Source of the DNA: Chiloscyllium plagiosum
Taxonomy: Eukaryota
Assembly: GCF_004010195.1 (NCBI RefSeq)
Contig: NC_057758.1
Coordinates: 9,614,782 to 9,634,781 of the forward strand
Length of the DNA: 20,000 bases
Reading direction: 5' to 3'
Under the pieces are notes generated by a model. That model searched no databases. It was not told the DNA's origin and was given only the letters and a program-made list of their open reading frames with translations. Below, piece after piece: positions 1 to 9,845 of the stretch; position 1 is the stretch's first letter, and every line of letters starts with the position of its first letter. The position numbers and the translations under genes are program-made.

Positions 1-29
1 ACAAACATAAAATGAATTTAACAGGCCTC

Positions 30-153
30 GAGGGTTCAGATATAAAGAGAGAGACTGGATAGGCGCCGACCCTTTTATCCTGGATCATCAGAGGCTTAAG
101 GCTAGGTTTGTACAGGTTTATGAAACCAGGGAAAGAGCTGATAAGGTAGATAG
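30..153 (+). mobile_element. CR1 LINE ORF2 C-terminal fragment (degenerate)
   Basis: Decayed 'ERLDR..F.L.HQRLR..L.QVY....G.DKVD' motif (gagagactggatagg...cagaggcttaagg...gataaggtagatag), homologous to 13380-13480. Confidence 0.7.
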
Positions 154-398
154 TGTTATGGAACTGAAGACACCCCCTTAAAATATATAAAGGAGATAAT
201 CTGGGCCGGAACTTAGTTTCACATTATAAAGCTAAGTGTAAGATGTTTTGTTACAGATGAAATTCGATTAATCAAACGATCATGTTAGCAACTAAACATA
301 TTATTCATACACCGCTGTAAACTATGGAAAAAGCAAAAAAAAAGTAAAACTGACATAACTGTAACTGCTGAAAGCTTAACAAATCAATATATTGTCGA

Positions 399-620
399 GA
401 CTGATCACAACACCTTGTCATTTACTACAGTTATGGAGAGGGATATGAGCAGACGGCATGGCAAGTATTTAATTGGAGGAGGGAGAATTAGGCAGGAACT
501 GTGGGGCATAAATTGGGAACAGATATTCTCAGGTAAATGCATGACAGAAATATGGAGGTTGTTTTAGGCGCACTTGCTTCGAGTTCCGGATATGTTTACT
601 TCACTGAGGCAAGGAATGGA
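399..620 (+). mobile_element. CR1 ORF2 endonuclease end/linker fragment
   Basis: 'DHNTLSFTTVMERD...NWRRG..IRQEL.GINWEQIFSGKC.TEIWRLF', homologous to 16185-16400. Confidence 0.75.
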
Positions 621-670
621 TGTACCATCTCAACACCCAAAGACATTACCATTGCTGTAATCCATTGGCA

Positions 671-843
671 GAGAAAGTGAGGTCTGCAGATGCTGGAGAT
701 CAGAGCTGAAAATGTGTTGCTGGAAAAGCACACAGGGCAGGCAGCATCCAAGGAACAGGAGAATCGACGTTTCGGGCATGAGCCCTTCTCCTGTTCCTTG
801 GATGCTGCCTGACCTGCTGTGCTTTTCCACTAACGCATTTTCA
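671..843 (-). mobile_element. Penelope-like terminal fragment with fold-back (family A); hammerhead core truncated
   Basis: Inverted arms ~704-763 and 786-846. Flanking direct repeat gctgtaatccattggca at 654-670 and 844-860. Near-identical to 16707-16919. Minus strand has GAAGGGC-tcat-GCCC-GAAACGTC but lacks CTGA. Confidence 0.8.
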
Positions 844-957
844 GCTGTAATCCATTGGCACTAACATTCTGAGGTTTATCCAAGACAATATAGCTGCTAT
901 GGTTAGAACATCATATTAGAAGGTAGGAAACCAGCAGTTAGCAACTTTCTCCATCTT

Positions 958-1220
958 ACAAAGGCTTTCCATTATCTCCGAGGTCCAAATCAAGATGATG
1001 ATGGAATAATCTCTACTTGTCTGAATGAATGCAACACCAACTGTACTCAAACAGTTTGACCCGATTAATGACTAACGAGCCCACGTTATTGGCCCCCATC
1101 CACAATCACTCACCTTCTTCACCACCGACACTCAGCAGCAGATGTGAGTACCATTGCACTTCTCAGGTAGCACCGTCTACACTCATTACCATTGCCACCT
1201 GGAAGGAAAACGACAGCATT
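958..1220 (+). mobile_element. Old LINE RT C-terminal fragment (CR1/L2 group, not the main CR1 family)
   Basis: Decayed 'LS.I...QI..MME.S.L..MNA.PT.LK.FD.I....ARLIG.PST.I.SLHHR.S.AA' pattern. Confidence 0.55.
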
Positions 1221-1561
1221 TAGGGAATAGTAACCATAATTCACTTGATTCAAACATAAGTGTTGTCAAGGGCAAATATAGACTAACAGTTAGAGTTTTA
1301 GTATGACTCAGTCTAACTTTAATAAGTTGAAAAGAGATTTTATTCAAGCAAACAGGAAACAAGAATGGGAATATAAATCAGAATCACAGCAGTGGCTGGT
1401 ATTCTGAGGGAAGATAAAAGTAGTACCAAGAACATGTGTTGTCACAAATTAAAAAAAAGGTCATGTGGCTTTATTAGAGCTCCCTGGAAATCTAGAAACA
1501 CACATGCAGAACAGGAAAGGTTACATCAGACAGTAGGAAGTCTATAAATTCACACAATAAT

Positions 1562-1970
1562 GGACCTATACAGAACGGAAACATACCATTCTGTCCAACG
1601 CCACCATGCCACCCAGATATCCTAACCTACTCTAGTCACATTAACCAGCACTGGGCTCATATTCCTCTTTATTTACCCATCTAGATGACTTTTAAGTACT
1701 GTAATTGTACGAACCACCACCATTTCCACTGGCAGCTCACTCGATAGACGGACAATCCTCTGCTGAAAATGTTGCACGTTAGTTCCTTTTCATATCTCTC
1801 CCCACTCACCCAAAACCTATGCCCTCGAGTTCTGTACTGCCTAGCCCAGGGAAAAGACCTTGTCTGTTTATCCTGTCCAAGACCCTCATGACTACATTAA
1901 CCTCTAAAAGGTCACCCCTCAGCCTCCGATGCTCTAGGGAAAACAGCGATCGCCTATTCAGCCTATCCTG
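1562..1970 (-). mobile_element. CR1 LINE 3' end (ORF2 C-terminus plus 3' UTR)
   Basis: ORF 1806-2120(-) contains 'DRLNRRSLFSLEHRRLRGDLLEV..VMRVLDRINRQGLFP'; a CR1-type 3' UTR follows toward 1562. Confidence 0.85.
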
Positions 1971-1990
1971 AATACTACAGAATACTACAG

Positions 1991-2699
1991 AAAGCTGGGC
2001 CTTCTGCAACACCTTTGTATGCTGTTCAGTCACAGGAGAGGTTCCAGAGATCTGGAGAATAGCTAATGCTGTTCTTTGGTTGAAGAAGGACATCACAGAT
2101 AACCGAAGAAATTTCAGCACAGTGAGCCTTGCGTCACTGGTAGGGAAATTATTGAAGAAGGTTCTTAGAGATCGGACTGACTCACATTTGTTAAAATACG
2201 GACTTATTGGCGACAGGTATCACGGCTTTGTGTGAGGAACATCGTGTTTCACAAACTTGAATAAACATTTTAAGAATGTGAAGCAGGTGACTGATGAGGT
2301 CATGGGGCTGGATGTTGGCCATATGGACTTTATCAAGAACTTTGATATGGCTCCCTGTGGCAGGCTCACTTAGAAGATGAAGTCAAATGGGATCAGCGGT
2401 CAGTCAGTCAGATGGATACAGAACTGCTTGGTTATAGCAGACAGAGTAGCGGTGGAAGGGCATTGTTTGTTTCTGACTGGAGATCTGTGAATAGATTGAC
2501 GGAGTTGTGGATCGTGCTGATGATTGCCAGAAGAGACAGCAGGATATAAACAGGCTATGGACGGAGAAAAAGCAGCTGTAATTTTATCTGGGCAATTGTG
2601 CTGTGATGCCTTGTACAAGGTCTGCTTCAAGAGAGAAATATACAGAAAGTGGAACAACTCTGTGCCTTCAACATAAAAAGGGATCTCGGCGTGCAGGTT
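1991..2699 (+). mobile_element. CR1 ORF2 reverse transcriptase fragment, interrupted by the ERV at 2700
   Basis: 'TGEVPEIWRIANAVL.LKK', 'VSLASLVGKLLKKVLRDR', 'HGFV.G.SC.TNL', 'YMDF.K.FD'. An internal deletion near 2490 removes the PQG..ADD block. Confidence 0.85.
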
Positions 2700-3390
2700 T
2701 GTCACCCTGCCAACCCACAATAGGCTCTCACTAAACGTAGCAAAACAGACTTGGCCAAACTAAACCAAAACAAAAACTCCTAGAATGCATCAGCATGGAC
2801 CAAGCAGACTGACAAGCGAAACGAGACAGCACTCGCAGACAAGGGAATACACTTCCCAGCACCCACTAACAATGTTTGAGCAACACAGCTATCCCAAAGC
2901 CCCGAGGGAAGTTTCACAATCCAGCAATACCAAAGCCACACAAAAACAGGACAGACAGAGACACGACCAAGAGCATTAATCCCAAGACAATACAATGCAA
3001 GCAAATACGGCTTCAGACGAGACATTAGCACCCATCTGCGAAGAGCAATGTAAGGTGCGGGCCCATCGATACTGTCAGGATGTTACATTGTACAGAGAAA
3101 CAGGATATTCATCCGATAACTGTTTTCTGATTAGCATCATTGTAACTAGATTATTCCATTTCCAGATACATTTTATTTTCCCCAATTTTAATTAGTCTTA
3201 TTGTACTGGATTATTATATAAATTAGTTTCTCCTCAGCTCGAGGAAGAGAAATTCTCGGCTACTTACCTGTGCTGTTTCAACTTAGTCAATTTCTCTTTC
3301 TCGATATCACTGCTCTAATAAACTGTTTGTCAATTTCATTTTGAACTGTGCTTTGTGATCTCTAAATTATTAGGCAAATGTTTCCGATAG
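2700..3390 (+). mobile_element. 5' LTR of an endogenous retrovirus
   Basis: Starts TGTCA exactly where CR1 homology stops. TATATAAA at 3215-3222, AATAAA at 3317-3322, T-rich U5, then a PBS. The terminal CA is degenerate, and the U3 start could alternatively be TGTCAGGA at 3073. Confidence 0.7.
3215..3322 (+). promoter_or_regulatory. LTR TATA box, R-region stem-loop and polyadenylation signal
   Basis: TATATAAA 3215-3222; inverted repeat 3239-3254/3289-3304; AATAAA 3317-3322, in canonical U3-R-U5 order. Confidence 0.7.
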
Positions 3391-3392
3391 GT

Positions 3393-3410
3393 TGGCATTA
3401 GTCGGCAAGT
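3393..3410 (+). promoter_or_regulatory. Primer binding site, tRNA-Ser-like (degenerate)
   Basis: tggcattagtcggcaagt versus TGGCGTAGTCGGCAGGAT (complement of the vertebrate tRNA-Ser 3' end), directly after the LTR. Confidence 0.7.
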
Positions 3411-3533
3411 CATTTTCTTTGTCTCTCAACAGGGAAAGCAAACCTGACATTTTAAATTTAGACCAATTCAGACCTGGCGGACAGGCCTGCCCAAGGGGGT
3501 CAGACCAGAGACAGGCTGGAAAATTGCAGAGGA

Positions 3534-3890
3534 TGGCCACAATTCGGATGTAGTGACTGCAGTGAATTGGCTTCAGCTGCCACACTTGGCTTGTGGATGT
3601 AGTCTGGTGAGCAATAAATTAGTCACCAAAGTTTAACTGTTTGGCAGACACCTGCTGCAGTAATTCAGAATTTAGCTTAGACTTGGCTCGGGGAGGTAGT
3701 CATTTGGGCTCCTAAATTTGTTGACTAAATTTTAAGCTGCCATGGCTGGTCCTGTGGAGGTAGTCTGGTGAGCAAATAAATTAAAGTTAACTAATTGGCA
3801 GCCGGTAATTCAGAATTGAGCAGCCTTAGATTTGGCCTGGGGAGGTAGTCAGGTGTACTGTTAAATTCATTCATTAAATTTTATAAGAAA
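3534..3890 (+). repeat. Degenerate tandem repeats in the ERV leader
   Basis: GGA(T/G)GTAGT at 3546, 3595, 3692, 3756 and 3841; higher-order duplication of ~3593-3736 at ~3753-3887. Confidence 0.8.
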
Positions 3891-4299
3891 CAGCAATTTG
3901 GCCCAAGCATAATCCGCCTTAAGCCAGGACTTATGCCATTAACATTATCCAGCAAAGAGGAGACAGTCGGGCAGACAAAGTAGGGCAATATCAGTGGACA
4001 GACCGCTAATCAAGTTTTTGCTTTACTACAGATAGTTCCTCAGCCCGAAGGAAATTGACTGGGCCCCCAGCTGTGTTGTCCTGCCCTGTGGTTTCTAAGT
4101 GTTTATTTTGAGATTGCTTGTTTTTGTGGTTACCTTGTTAATTTCAGGTGTCCCAGCTGGCTATTTTTGTTCAGCGCTGAAGAGTTTGTTCACTTTAGGG
4201 TTAGTGATCACATGATTGATTACCCTTTATTGCTTCAACTGTCAATCACTCATTGCCTGTGTGTTCTGTGAGCGCTCTGTCTCTGTTTTTCCTCGAAAG

Positions 4300-5830
4300 C
4301 CGAACTAATGTACTTAAAAGTCAACCCAAGACGTCGAGGAGGCCATGACGGCACGGACATCCACGCTCTGCCGGGAGGTGCCAGCTCTGGGAGTTGGGCA
4401 ACGCAAACACCTGGTGAGAATGGTCTGGGGCCAAAACTGGAATAAAAGTATCCAGAAAAGGCATGTAAATAAGTGAACTTCAATAAAAAGGTAGGCGATG
4501 TTCTTGTTACACCTGTGTCACCGGCAGACACTGCTAACAGGGGACAGGCATTACGTTATCTCCTTCACAGGGGACCTTTACACGTGGTCCCAAGGGAACT
4601 GGCCATATAGGAGTCCATCAAAATTGATATGATTGACTACCAGCCACGGCCATCACGGGGCGGGGGATGGAGGGAAACCCTGACGGGACACTGTCTACAT
4701 GTTGCAGTGTCTCGCAAAACACCACCAGCCCCCTAAAGTAAAAGACCGCATCAATAAAAACCCGACAGCAGAGACATCTATCACACCGGCACAGCCCCGC
4801 TGCCCTACGCCTCACAATATCTGAAACTTCCCCTACCGGCCCCAGAGCCGGACCCACTGCTAAATGAAGTGGCTGCACAAGTTACCACTCGGCCCACAAG
4901 AAGCTTGCAGCAGGACATAGCAGCTGCCGGGAAAGCTGAATCCCAACAACTGCCAACCCAGATGATAATCTCAAGTCACACGTAGCGCAGCTGCTGTCCT
5001 GAAAAAAAACGGGGCACTTACTGCCAAATTCCACACTTTATGATTGGATCTACTCCCAGGATAAACCCTGGGCCCACGCAGAGATCCATGCCATGTTGCA
5101 AGCCGTCCCAGATCCATTGAAACTACCATTCACATTTTATAATTGGCTGCTACAAATTTCCAACATTTACGACTGCCTGCTGCAGGATGTGCAGGCCCTG
5201 TTACAACTTGTAAACGGTACCCACTGGGCGACCATAACCCACCCAACCCTGGGACACTGCTGTAGACCGGGACAGATGGCTGGACAGCACCGTGAAGGAG
5301 GCGGTAAAAACTATGAAAACAGCTGTCACCCGATGTCTGCAGAAAGCAGCCGAGCCTCTGCCAGACTTCATCGACCGCTTTAGGGAGGTCTGGGAAGCCT
5401 CAGCAGGCATCCTCTTAAAAGAAAATGAGAAATTGGCTGTACGGAGTCTCGTAAATTGCAACTCCCTATATCTGAGCATGTATACAAACCAAATCATTGA
5501 ACCTGGCAAACGACATCCTGGAGGGACAACTTGACCACACACATTAACCTGGATAGGAATGGACTGTTCAACCATGCCAAAACCGAAGGGGGCATTCCTC
5601 CGAATTGCACATCCAGGCCACCCAGAAACACAACTAGACCAGTCCAGAGACCTATGGGGTTCCCTAAAGGACAGTGTTGGAACTGTGGCAATAAGGGACT
5701 TTGGGCTAAACGCTATTGGTTACCTCCAAATCAGGGTTTGGCATCGTCACTCCATTCCCCCATTCACCACAGGCACAGTAGCAGTCCACCACCCTACAGT
5801 GGCAGCCTCGCTAGGCTGCCTACGCTATGA
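4300..5830 (+). pseudogene. gag: Retroviral gag (class I, gamma/epsilon-like), frameshifted; 5' start approximate
   Basis: Capsid N-terminus 'PWAHAEIHAMLQAVPDPLKLPFTFYNWL..I..IY....DV..LL' (~5068-5210). MHR 'QKAAEPLPDFIDRF' (5340-5381). Single knuckle CWNCGNKG(L)WAKR(Y) at 5675-5716, one base each from H and C. Stop TGA-CTA at 5828-5833. Confidence 0.85.
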
Positions 5831-5885
5831 CTAATCCCTTTCCCCGTTCCCCTGAATCAAACTAAGGCTGCTGCGACAGCAAGGT

Positions 5886-6922
5886 GAAGGTGAAGTCAAA
5901 TGGGATCAGCGGTCAGTCAGTAAGACGGATACACAACTGCTCGGTCATAGCAGACAGAGCAGTGGTGGAATGGTGATTTTGTTTTCTGACTGGAGATGTG
6001 TGAATAGATTGGTGGAGTTGTGGATTGTGATGATGATGGCTAGAGGATACAGCAGAATATAGGCAGGCGAGAGATTTGGACGGAGGAAAGGCAGATGTAA
6101 GTTTATCTGGGCAATTGCGAGCTGATGCCTTGTACAAGGTCTGCTGCAAGAGAGAAATATACAGAAAGTAGAAGAATTTTAAGTACCTTCAACATCAGAA
6201 GGGATCTCGGCGTTCAGGTCCACAATTCACTGGAAGTGGTAACACAGGTGCACAGTGAGTTCAAGAAGGCATTTTGTGTGCTCACGTACATCAATCAGAG
6301 CACCAAGTACAAAAAACGGCATATTGTGTTGAAGCTGTTTGGAGCTGCATTTCGACTACATTTGTAATAATGTGTTCTGTACTGGTAGTTGAATCAGCAA
6401 AAGCATGTGGAGGTGTTGGAGAGGGTTTGGAAATCGTTTACCAGGATGACGTCTGACTTGGAGGATATTAGCCTGAGGAGAAATTGGACAAACCTTTTTT
6501 TAAATCGGACATCAGTAGCTGAAGGACTACCTGATAGAAATTTACAAAATTATGAGAGGCATAGACAGAATAGATAGCCGGAGCCTTTTCCCATGGTAGA
6601 AATATCACATACTTGGCGTGGGGTTGGGGGAGGGGGGGAGTTGTGGTGGCGATAAGTTTTAGGCAAAAGGGGGAACGTTTGAATGAAATATGAGAAGCAA
6701 GTGTTTTTTTTTCCAGACAAAGTAAAAAAGTGCATGCAAGTTACTGACAAGGAAAATTGCTGAACAATATACAAAAGCAACGTTTAAGTGGGATCCTAAC
6801 ACGTAGTTGAATAAACAGGGAATAGCATGATATAGAATTTTGTTTTTAACTTTACAAAGGCATCATGTGTCATTGCAGGCTTAGTGGGCCGAAATGCCTG
6901 TTCCTGTGCTTTATTGTTCTTT
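5886..6922 (+). mobile_element. CR1 ORF2 3' half and 3' tail
   Basis: 'RDLGVQVHNSLEVVTQV..FKKAF.VL.YINQS..YK', 'EVLERVWKSFTRM'; tail gtgggccgaaatgcctgttcctgtgctttattgttct ending ~6922. Confidence 0.85.
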
Positions 6923-8014
6923 AAGTCATGATTTCAGGAAAATAGTGGGCAATTGCTGACTGATTACATTCACATTAATATAGATTTCTCCTCATCAATT
7001 TTCAGCTTCCTATCTGCTTTCCCACTGTGGCGAAACTTAGTATGGAGAATTTGCTATGTAATTCAGAGCTGGTAACTGGTGGCTTCTTTGTGCCCCTCGC
7101 TCCTGCGGACTTCTATCTTAGACACCAACATCTCAGGGAAGGCTGCATAGGGAGAAGCTGCATGTGTTTCACCTCCACCAATGTTGGCATCCGTCACATG
7201 CCAGCCTCACCACACCATCACAGTACATCTCCAACACACTGACTGTGAGCTTCTACACTTCAATTCTGAAGCGAAGGGTGTCCGATAACTCTCCTTGCAA
7301 TGCTGCGGCAAGGACACTTTACTCAGCCATACACACGCAGTTCATGGACTACACCGCTGGGCTGCTCACTCAGTGTTTGTACACACTTTGAGCTGTCTTG
7401 AACAGTCAGAGAATTATTACTTTGCCTTACACGTTCATTAGCAGTGTTTCCCCTCAGCGAGAGCTACCAGCTTACACGCCCGCTGTATTGTCTTGTTATT
7501 TAGCACAGACACTAAACCAGCTTTCTTGCCCGCATGTGTGTCAAGGTGCCCAGCACAGTGGATCAAGAGAAGTTTGAGATATCAGCCTGGGAACTTGGAC
7601 ACAGTCAGTCAGCCTTTCGTTGTTGTTAGTGTCAGGATCCTTCCACTGTTAGGGGTGAGGAGCTGAATGTTGGAGAAACCCCTATCCCTCTTGGCACATT
7701 TTGTGCACTATTGTGGGATAGTTCCTTCTCGAATGGGCGAATTGCCAAGAGGAATCAAGGGAGTTGGAAGTGGTTGTTACAACTGTTAGTGCTGCTACAG
7801 ATGGGGGAAAGGTGGTGACATGCCCTGAGCTAGTGAGTTGGTTGCACAGACACCAGGCAGAGTTGAGGAGAGGGCCACAGAAGAGTTTGGGCAGAGACGA
7901 AGAGAAGGTGCTGCATTCAATGAGAATGGGAGAACATGATACTTAGTGGGAGGAGGGTGTAGTGACAGAGATAGAGTGAGTGCGTGGTCACGAAATGCAG
8001 ATGGTGGCACTTAT

Positions 8015-8250
8015 CCTAGTGAAGTGGAGAAGGACACTGATCTCCTTCCTACACTGCTGGACATTCACCCAGATGACTGGCACTTCATTGACGCAGGGGT
8101 CAACATCGGACCAAGTTGGCAAAGACTGGAGTAATGGCCTCCCCTGCTAGTCCGAGAGGAAGATAATGTCCCTCGCCTGTACCATGTCATCCACCAGAGC
8201 CTCAGGCGCTTGTCCACAGAGTGAGGTGACAGTATTACGCCCTTTCACAT
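8015..8250 (-). mobile_element. PIF/Harbinger transposon Myb/SANT-like DNA-binding gene, first exon (pseudogenised); the element probably extends over ~7050-8400
   Basis: Manual translation with one frameshift: M*KGVILSPHSVDKRL/EALVDDMVQARDIIFLSD*QGRPLLQSLPTWSDVDPCVNEVPVIWVNVQQCRKEISVLLHFTR, then ATAAGT (decayed GTAAGT donor). Fits the LEALV..V..R..L..W..V...VN......QCRK pattern. TIRs not identified. Confidence 0.7.
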
Positions 8251-8689
8251 GTCCAGGGCAGTTTTGGAATGACAATCCAAGATTTTACCTCTAACAGGGA
8301 GGTCGGCCCTTTCTGGCATATCCAGGCAGTGGACAGTTGCTATGACGAAGGGAAAATCATCGGGCTGTTGCCACATGAGAGAAGACTCTATGGGCAGGGA
8401 CGATAGTTAATGAGGCAGATTGGGGATGGTATCATGAGAAAATGCACTTAGCGTTGTGGAGAGAAACCCTCTATGAAACCCAACGAAAATGAGACTTAAC
8501 CAAATCATGAGATGGTTTCGGTCCCAAAGTAGGGAGGTGTTCCACATGTCGTAGTTTGTAATATTGCGAGTTATAAACGCACGGAGTGTGGAATTAAAAC
8601 GGAGATCCACATCTTTAAAAGGGGTTAACGCAATGTTCCAGGCTGTAAAAAGAAGCCAGGGAAAAAAAATCTCATGCCTTGTACTGTCC

Positions 8690-9845
8690 ATCATTATTCA
8701 ATCCTCACTAGGTACACAGAGGTGATGCCACAGGACTGGAGAACTGCTGACATTGCAGCCTGTTTAACGATGACCAATGGAGTGACTCAAGAAGTCGAGC
8801 CTCGCATTCTGAGACAGAGGATAAACATTCGTCGAGAAATTACCAGGGATTCCGAGACAGTAAGCCTGCATTTGTTCAAGTAATTAATCTCAGTGTGTCG
8901 GTTTGAGGCAGTTACTTGTAACTTGATGCGACGTACTTGAATTTGACAAGAGATCACATGGCAAATTGTTTAAAAATAGAAACTATGGGGACTAGGTCAC
9001 TGGAGTAAGCAAACTAGAGAAGTGCAAGGCAAGGCATTTGGTGGTATCAACAATACAAAGGAATGCACAATAAATTAGAGGTTGGTCAGTGTGGGCAGAT
9101 CTCTGAAGGTTGCTGGACACATCAATAACTTCATTAAGTTAGAGAATGGCATCATTTCCTCTGTCAGCCATAGTGCAGAATATAAGAGCAGGAAGCTTTT
9201 CCTGAAACTGTATAAATAATTAGTTCTGTCACAACTTGTGTACTGAGTGCAGTTCTGGTCACCCCCTCACATGGAAGGATGCAGTTGGACTAGAGAGAGT
9301 ACAGAGAAGATTCGTTAACCTGTGAAAGTGAAAGTGCAGTTTTGAGGAAAGATTGGAATGGAGGATGTTGAGGGGAGATTTGATTGCTGTGCACACATTT
9401 TCAGGGCCTGGGTAGAGAGGGAGGGAACATCTTGTTTCTGTTGGAGAGCTCAATTACCACCGGTGAATATTTAGTGATGTGGAGGTGCTGGTGTCGACTG
9501 TGGTGGACAAAGTTAAAAAGTGCACAACCCCAGATTACAGTTCAACAGGTTTGTTCGGAAGCACTAGCTTTATTTTAACCAATTTTGTATTGAATGTATT
9601 GGCTGAAATATTAGAGAAGTGGTGAGGAAAGTTGTTATTTGACCCAGAGTATGGTCGGGGTTTGGAAGTCACACATGGAAGCAGAACAGAGGCAAAAGCT
9701 CTCAAACCATTTCAAAAAGATGCTAGATCTGCACCTGAAGTTCTATAGTTTCCGGGGAGTCAAAACAAGAGTATCAAAATGCATTTGTTTGTCCAATGCA
9801 GACAGTGTAGAGAGTGATCTCTTCTATGTTGTGCTATTTTCTGAG
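8690..9845 (+). mobile_element. Old, deleted CR1 LINE (RT to 3' tail)
   Basis: 'EVMPQDWRTADI', 'EYKSRKLFLKLYK.LV..QL.Y.VQFWSP', 'LERVQRRF', 'LRGDLI'; degraded tail near 9820-9845. Confidence 0.75.
9474..9571 (-). mobile_element. Penelope-like terminal fragment (family B) inserted in CR1
   Basis: Homologous to 18021-18148 (aaagctagtgcttcc...aaacctgttgaact...cacctccacatc). The 5' end is truncated inside the hammerhead GAAA. Confidence 0.7.

Larger units (their letters stand above)
154..940. mobile_element. Possible LTR-like repeat, interrupted by a CR1 fragment (399-620) and a PLE hairpin (671-843)
   Basis: CR1 homology stops abruptly at TGTTATG (154), a typical LTR terminus, followed by AT-rich non-coding sequence. 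The other terminus was not found. Confidence 0.3.

Noticed and set aside
671..846. MITE with TIRs or a host miRNA gene
   Set aside because: The inverted repeat is not terminal on both sides, the TSD is 14-17 bp, and the apex differs between copies; this fits a retro-inserted PLE end.
1562..2699. Twin-primed single CR1 with a 10-bp tandem duplication (aatactacag x2, 1971-1990) at the junction
   Set aside because: The plus-strand CR1 sequence continues to its own 3' tail at ~6922, so two independent insertions is simpler.
2780..3195. Accessory ORFs in the LTR U3
   Set aside because: Short, compositionally biased and without recognisable motifs; unsupported without other copies.
3534..3890. 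CRISPR-like repeat/spacer array
   Set aside because: Repeats are short and degenerate, spacing is irregular, spacers are themselves duplicated, there are no cas genes, and the context is a vertebrate ERV leader.
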